Part shown: piece by piece, positions 61,046 through 64,000 of the stretch
How positions within the stretch are numbered: position 1 is the first letter of the stretch
Layout of the letters: each line of letters starts with the position of its first letter
From: Acidobacteriota bacterium
GTDB lineage: Bacteria; Acidobacteriota; Vicinamibacteria; Marinacidobacterales; Marinacidobacteraceae
Length of the DNA stretch: 64,000 nt
Assembly: GCA_028877265.1 (NCBI GenBank)
Contig: JAPPGX010000191.1
Location: 66,144-130,143, forward strand
Direction of reading: 5' to 3'
Translations under genes and position numbers: made by a program
The notes under the pieces: model-generated
What the model saw: the letters and a program-made list of their open reading frames with translations, nothing else
The model's database searches: none
What the model was told of the DNA's origin: nothing

Positions 61046-63832
61046 TCACGCGGCGTGGCACTTCTTGTACTTCTTCCCGCTGCCGCAGGGACACGGGTCG
61101 TTCCTCCCCACCTTCTTCTGGCCGCTCTTCACCTGGACGAGGCGGCCGCCCGCCGGCGCGGCGGCGGGCGCCGGAGCTCCCTCGGGAGCCTGCAGACCGC
61201 CGCCGCCAGCCCCTACCGCGGCGAGGCCGGCGCCCGCGTTCGAACCCGCTCCGCTGAACGTAAGCGGCCGCCTCGCCGGCGCGGGCGGTTTCGGGGCGGG
61301 GGCCGCCCGGACCGCCTTGAGCACGAACAGGAGGCGGACCGTTTCCCGCTCGATCCGGTCCCACATCTCCTCGAACAGAACGAAGGACTCCTTCTTGTAT
61401 TCGATCAGCGGGTTGCGCTGGCCGTAGCCGCGGAGTCCGATGCCCTGCTTGAGGTGGTCCATCGCGTAGAGATGGTCCTTCCACTGCGCATCCAGGATGT
61501 GGAGCATGATGTAGCGCTCCTGGATCCGCATCAGTTCGGCGCCGATCTCCGCTTCCTTCTCCGCGTAGCGGGCGGGCACCGCCTCCTCGAGCAGCGACTT
61601 CATCTCATCCCGGCCCAGTTCATTGAACGCGTGTCCGTCCGGCGACTCCGGGATGAAGCCGTACTGGCCGCGGATGCCTTCCTGGAGACCCGGGTAGTCC
61701 CACTCGTCCGGGTCCGTCTCGGTCGAGAGCCAGGTGTCGATGAGCGAATCGGCGGCGACCGCGGCGAGGTCGAGGACGTAGTCGCGCTGGTCCTGCCCTT
61801 CCAGGATGCGGCGGCGGAGGCCGTAGATCGCAACCCGCTGCTTGTTCATCACGTCGTCGTATTCGAGGAGGTGCTTGCGGTAGGCGAAGTTCTGCGCCTC
61901 GACCTGCTTCTGCGCGCGCTCGATGGCCCGCGTCACCATCCCGGCCTCCACCGGAACGCCTTCCTCCATCCCCAGACGCTGCATCAGTCCGCTCATCCGG
62001 TCGCTGCCGAAGATCCGCATCAGGTCGTCCTCGAGCGAGAGGAAGAAGCGGGAACTGCCGGGGTCCCCCTGGCGGCCGGCGCGGCCCCGGAGCTGGTTGT
62101 CGATCCGGCGGGCCTCGTGGCGCTCGGTGCCCACGATGTGGAGGCCGCCGAGCGCGACCACGTCGTCGTGGGCCGCCTTCGTTTCGTCCCGCGCCCGGGA
62201 CACCGCGCCTTCCCAGACCGCGGCCTCGGCCTCGGCCCAGTCCACCCCTTCCTTGCGGAGACGCGCCTTGGCGATTTCGTCCGGGTTCCCGCCGAGCAGG
62301 ATGTCCGTCCCGCGGCCCGCCATGTTCGTCGAGATCGTCACGGAGCCGCTCCGTCCCGCCTGGGCCACGATCTCGGCCTCTTTCTGGTGGTACTTGGCGT
62401 TCAGCACCACGTGCTGAACCTGCTGGCGCTTCAGCACCCGGGAGAGCCGCTCGCTCTTCTCGATCGAAGTGGTGCCGACGAGGATGGGACGGCCGCGCTG
62501 CTGCTCGGCCTTGATCTCCTCGGCGATGGCGTTCAGCTTCTCCCGCTCGGTCCGGTACACGACGTCCGCATGCTCCACCCGCACCAGATCGCGGTTCGTC
62601 GGGATCGGGACGACTTCGAGGTCGTAGATCTTCTCGAACTCCGCCGCCTCCGTCTCGGCGGTTCCGGTCATGCCCGCCAGCTTTCCGTACATGCGGAAGT
62701 AGTTCTGGAAGGTGATGGTGGCGAGCGTCTGGTTCTCCCGCTCGATCTTGACGTTTTCCTTGGCTTCGACCGCCTGGTGGAGGCCGTCGGACCAGCGCCG
62801 TCCCGGCATCAGGCGTCCGGTGAACTCGTCCACGATGACGACCTGGCCGTCCTTCACCGTGTAGTCCTTCTCCCGCTTGTAGAGAGCGTGGGCCCGGAGC
62901 GCCTGCAGCAGGTGATGGAGAAGCGTCATCTGGGCCGGGTCGTAGAGGTTGTCGACGTGCAGGAGTTCCTCGGCCTTCGGCACTCCCTCCTCGGTCAGGG
63001 TGACGGAGCGCGACTTCTCGTCCACCGTGAAGTCGAGCTCGCGGCGGAGTCTCGGAATGATCCGGTCCACCGTGTAGTACAGGTCGGTGGAGTCCTCGGC
63101 GGGGCCGCTGATGATGAGGGGGGTCCGCGCCTCGTCGATGAGGATCGAATCCACCTCGTCCACGATCGCGTAGTGGAAGAGCCGCTCCACCTGCTTGCCG
63201 TCGCGGTCGCGTTCGGTGCGCGGGTAGGTGCGATGGACGAAGTTCTCGGCGCGGAACTTCATGTTGTCCCGCAGGTAGTCGAAACCGAACTCGTTGTTGG
63301 TCCCGTAGGTGATGTCGGCCCCGTAGGCCGCGCGCCGCTCCTCGTCGCTCAGGTCGTGCTGGATCACACCGACGCTGAGGCCCAGGAACTTGTAGAGGCG
63401 GCCCATCCACTCCGAGTCGCGGCGCGCGAGGTAGTCGTTCACGGTGACCACGTGGACGCCCTTGCCGGAGAGCGCGTTCAGGACCGCCGGGAGGGTCGCC
63501 ACCAGCGTCTTGCCCTCGCCGGTCTTCATTTCGGCGATGCGGCCCCGGTGCAGGATGGCGCCGCCCAGGAGTTGCACGTCGAAGTGGCGCATTCCCAGCG
63601 TACGCCGGGCGCCTTCCCGGCACACGGCGAACACGTCGGCCATCAGCTCCTCAAGGGGCTCACCGTTCTCCGCGCGGGTGCGGAGCCCCGCGATCCGGCC
63701 GGCGAGTTCCGGATCCTCGAGTTCCTGCAGCTCGGGCTCGAGCGCGCCGACTTCGGCGACCCACGACCGGAGCCGTTTCAGTTCCCGGTCGGATTTCTTC
63801 CCGACGATCTTGGTCAGGACGTTCTGAAACAC
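61046..63832 (-). CDS. secA: Preprotein translocase ATPase SecA
   Basis: Blocks are '[14 protein letters not shown]' (Walker A), '[23 protein letters not shown]', '[10 protein letters not shown]', and the C-terminal zinc motif '[13 protein letters not shown]'. The start at 63832 is GTG. Confidence 0.95.
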   Translation of the reverse strand: MFQNVLTKIVGKKSDRELKRLRSWVAEVGALEPELQELEDPELAGRIAGLRTRAENGEPLEELMADVFAVCREGARRTLGMRHFDVQLLGGAILHRGRIAEMKTGEGKTLVATLPAVLNALSGKGVHVVTVNDYLARRDSEWMGRLYKFLGLSVGVIQHDLSDEERRAAYGADITYGTNNEFGFDYLRDNMKFRAENFVHRTYPRTERDRDGKQVERLFHYAIVDEVDSILIDEARTPLIISGPAEDSTDLYYTVDRIIPRLRRELDFTVDEKSRSVTLTEEGVPKAEELLHVDNLYDPAQMTLLHHLLQALRAHALYKREKDYTVKDGQVVIVDEFTGRLMPGRRWSDGLHQAVEAKENVKIERENQTLATITFQNYFRMYGKLAGMTGTAETEAAEFEKIYDLEVVPIPTNRDLVRVEHADVVYRTEREKLNAIAEEIKAEQQRGRPILVGTTSIEKSERLSRVLKRQQVQHVVLNAKYHQKEAEIVAQAGRSGSVTISTNMAGRGTDILLGGNPDEIAKARLRKEGVDWAEAEAAVWEGAVSRARDETKAAHDDVVALGGLHIVGTERHEARRIDNQLRGRAGRQGDPGSSRFFLSLEDDLMRIFGSDRMSGLMQRLGMEEGVPVEAGMVTRAIERAQKQVEAQNFAYRKHLLEYDDVMNKQRVAIYGLRRRILEGQDQRDYVLDLAAVAADSLIDTWLSTETDPDEWDYPGLQEGIRGQYGFIPESPDGHAFNELGRDEMKSLLEEAVPARYAEKEAEIGAELMRIQERYIMLHILDAQWKDHLYAMDHLKQGIGLRGYGQRNPLIEYKKESFVLFEEMWDRIERETVRLLFVLKAVRAAPAPKPPAPARRPLTFSGAGSNAGAGLAAVGAGGGGLQAPEGAPAPAAAPAGGRLVQVKSGQKKVGRNDPCPCGSGKKYKKCHAA

Positions 63833-63958
63833 GCGTCGGAGCCGGGTAAACCGGATGAATTTAGCATTTGGGGAGGGTCAGAGAGGTGGGCGTTTCCACC
63901 TGTGCTCGCCCCCGATCAGCTTCAGGTGCTCTCGTCGGTGCGCCATTCGGGGGGAAAG

Positions 63959-63988
63959 TGTGAAAGGGGGGCTGGCCCCCCTTTCACA
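63959..63988. other. Strong GC hairpin (13-bp stem) upstream of secA
   Basis: tgtgaaaggggggc (63959-63972) is the reverse complement of gcccccctttcaca (63975-63988). Neither strand is followed by a U-tract. Confidence 0.6.
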
Positions 63989-64000
63989 AGAAGACAGCGC

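Noticed and set aside
61046-61330. An Ala/Gly/Pro-rich low-complexity stretch in the SecA C-terminal tail (...[53 protein letters not shown]...).
   Set aside because: The SecA C-terminal linker before the zinc-binding [13 protein letters not shown] motif is naturally variable and often low complexity in high-GC bacteria. The reading frame and zinc motif are intact.
1-64000. I looked for rRNA, tRNA, CRISPR arrays, transposases, integrases, phage genes and toxin-antitoxin or other defence-system genes.
   Set aside because: No intergenic segment is long enough or looks like a tRNA cloverleaf or rRNA. No regularly spaced direct repeats with unique spacers were seen. No ORF translation shows DDE/serine/tyrosine recombinase, nuclease-helicase or other defence hallmarks that I could recognise. 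A proper tRNAscan, Infernal or defence-finder run could still find something I missed.

Overview
This is a 64-kb, high-GC bacterial chromosomal segment. Hand counts on single 60-nt lines give about 67-72% GC in typical genes. It is densely coding, and I call 40 CDS. I recognised no rRNA, tRNA, CRISPR array, transposase, integrase or phage gene. The gene content is what I associate with Gemmatimonadota/Acidobacteriota-like environmental bacteria, which is inference only: Oar-like CarboxypepD_reg TonB-dependent receptors, TIGR03436-type VWA proteins, a VPS10/BNR protein, DUF5107, DUF5916 and many secreted hydrolases.

Layout:
- 0-9.4 kb: a degenerate bEBP-like regulator (partial), DUF2177, a D-aminoacylase, two ABC-2/DUF3526-type permeases without an ATPase, a TonB receptor with His/Glu-rich loops, and a small Cys/His protein.
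- 9.6-22.5 kb: a VPS10/BNR protein coupled to an unknown membrane protein, a VIT1/CCC1 iron transporter, a lipoprotein, a serine hydrolase, heme oxygenase, CutA and a GH2 glycosidase.
- 22.7-29.7 kb (minus strand): a hydrolase/DUF5107 operon.
- 30.2-34.9 kb: an Oar-like TonB receptor and gamma-glutamyltransferase.
- 35.0-46.8 kb: the standout region (below).
- 47-64 kb: an esterase-like lipoprotein, MFS transporter, proline-racemase-family enzyme, Spondin_N protein, two VWA paralogs, DUF5916, guaB and secA.

Standout region (35.0-46.8 kb): a tripartite RND exporter operon has its OMF and MFP genes separated from the RND permease by three lipid-tailoring genes. These are a Rieske non-heme-iron oxygenase, a Rossmann FAD oxidoreductase, and an unusual GPP34(GOLPH3-like)-cytochrome P450 fusion that sits in a lower-GC patch. 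A clear sterol 24-C-methyltransferase (ERG6/SMT) family gene abuts the RND permease. I interpret this as a candidate sterol/triterpenoid modification-and-transport module. No cyclase or squalene epoxidase lies in the window.

Several structured non-coding elements are also reported: a REP-like hairpin triplet, a 187-bp inverted-repeat element upstream of the VIT gene, and an AT-rich palindromic divergent promoter island.

All homology statements come from reading motifs by eye and from memory of family consensus sequences. No searches were run.
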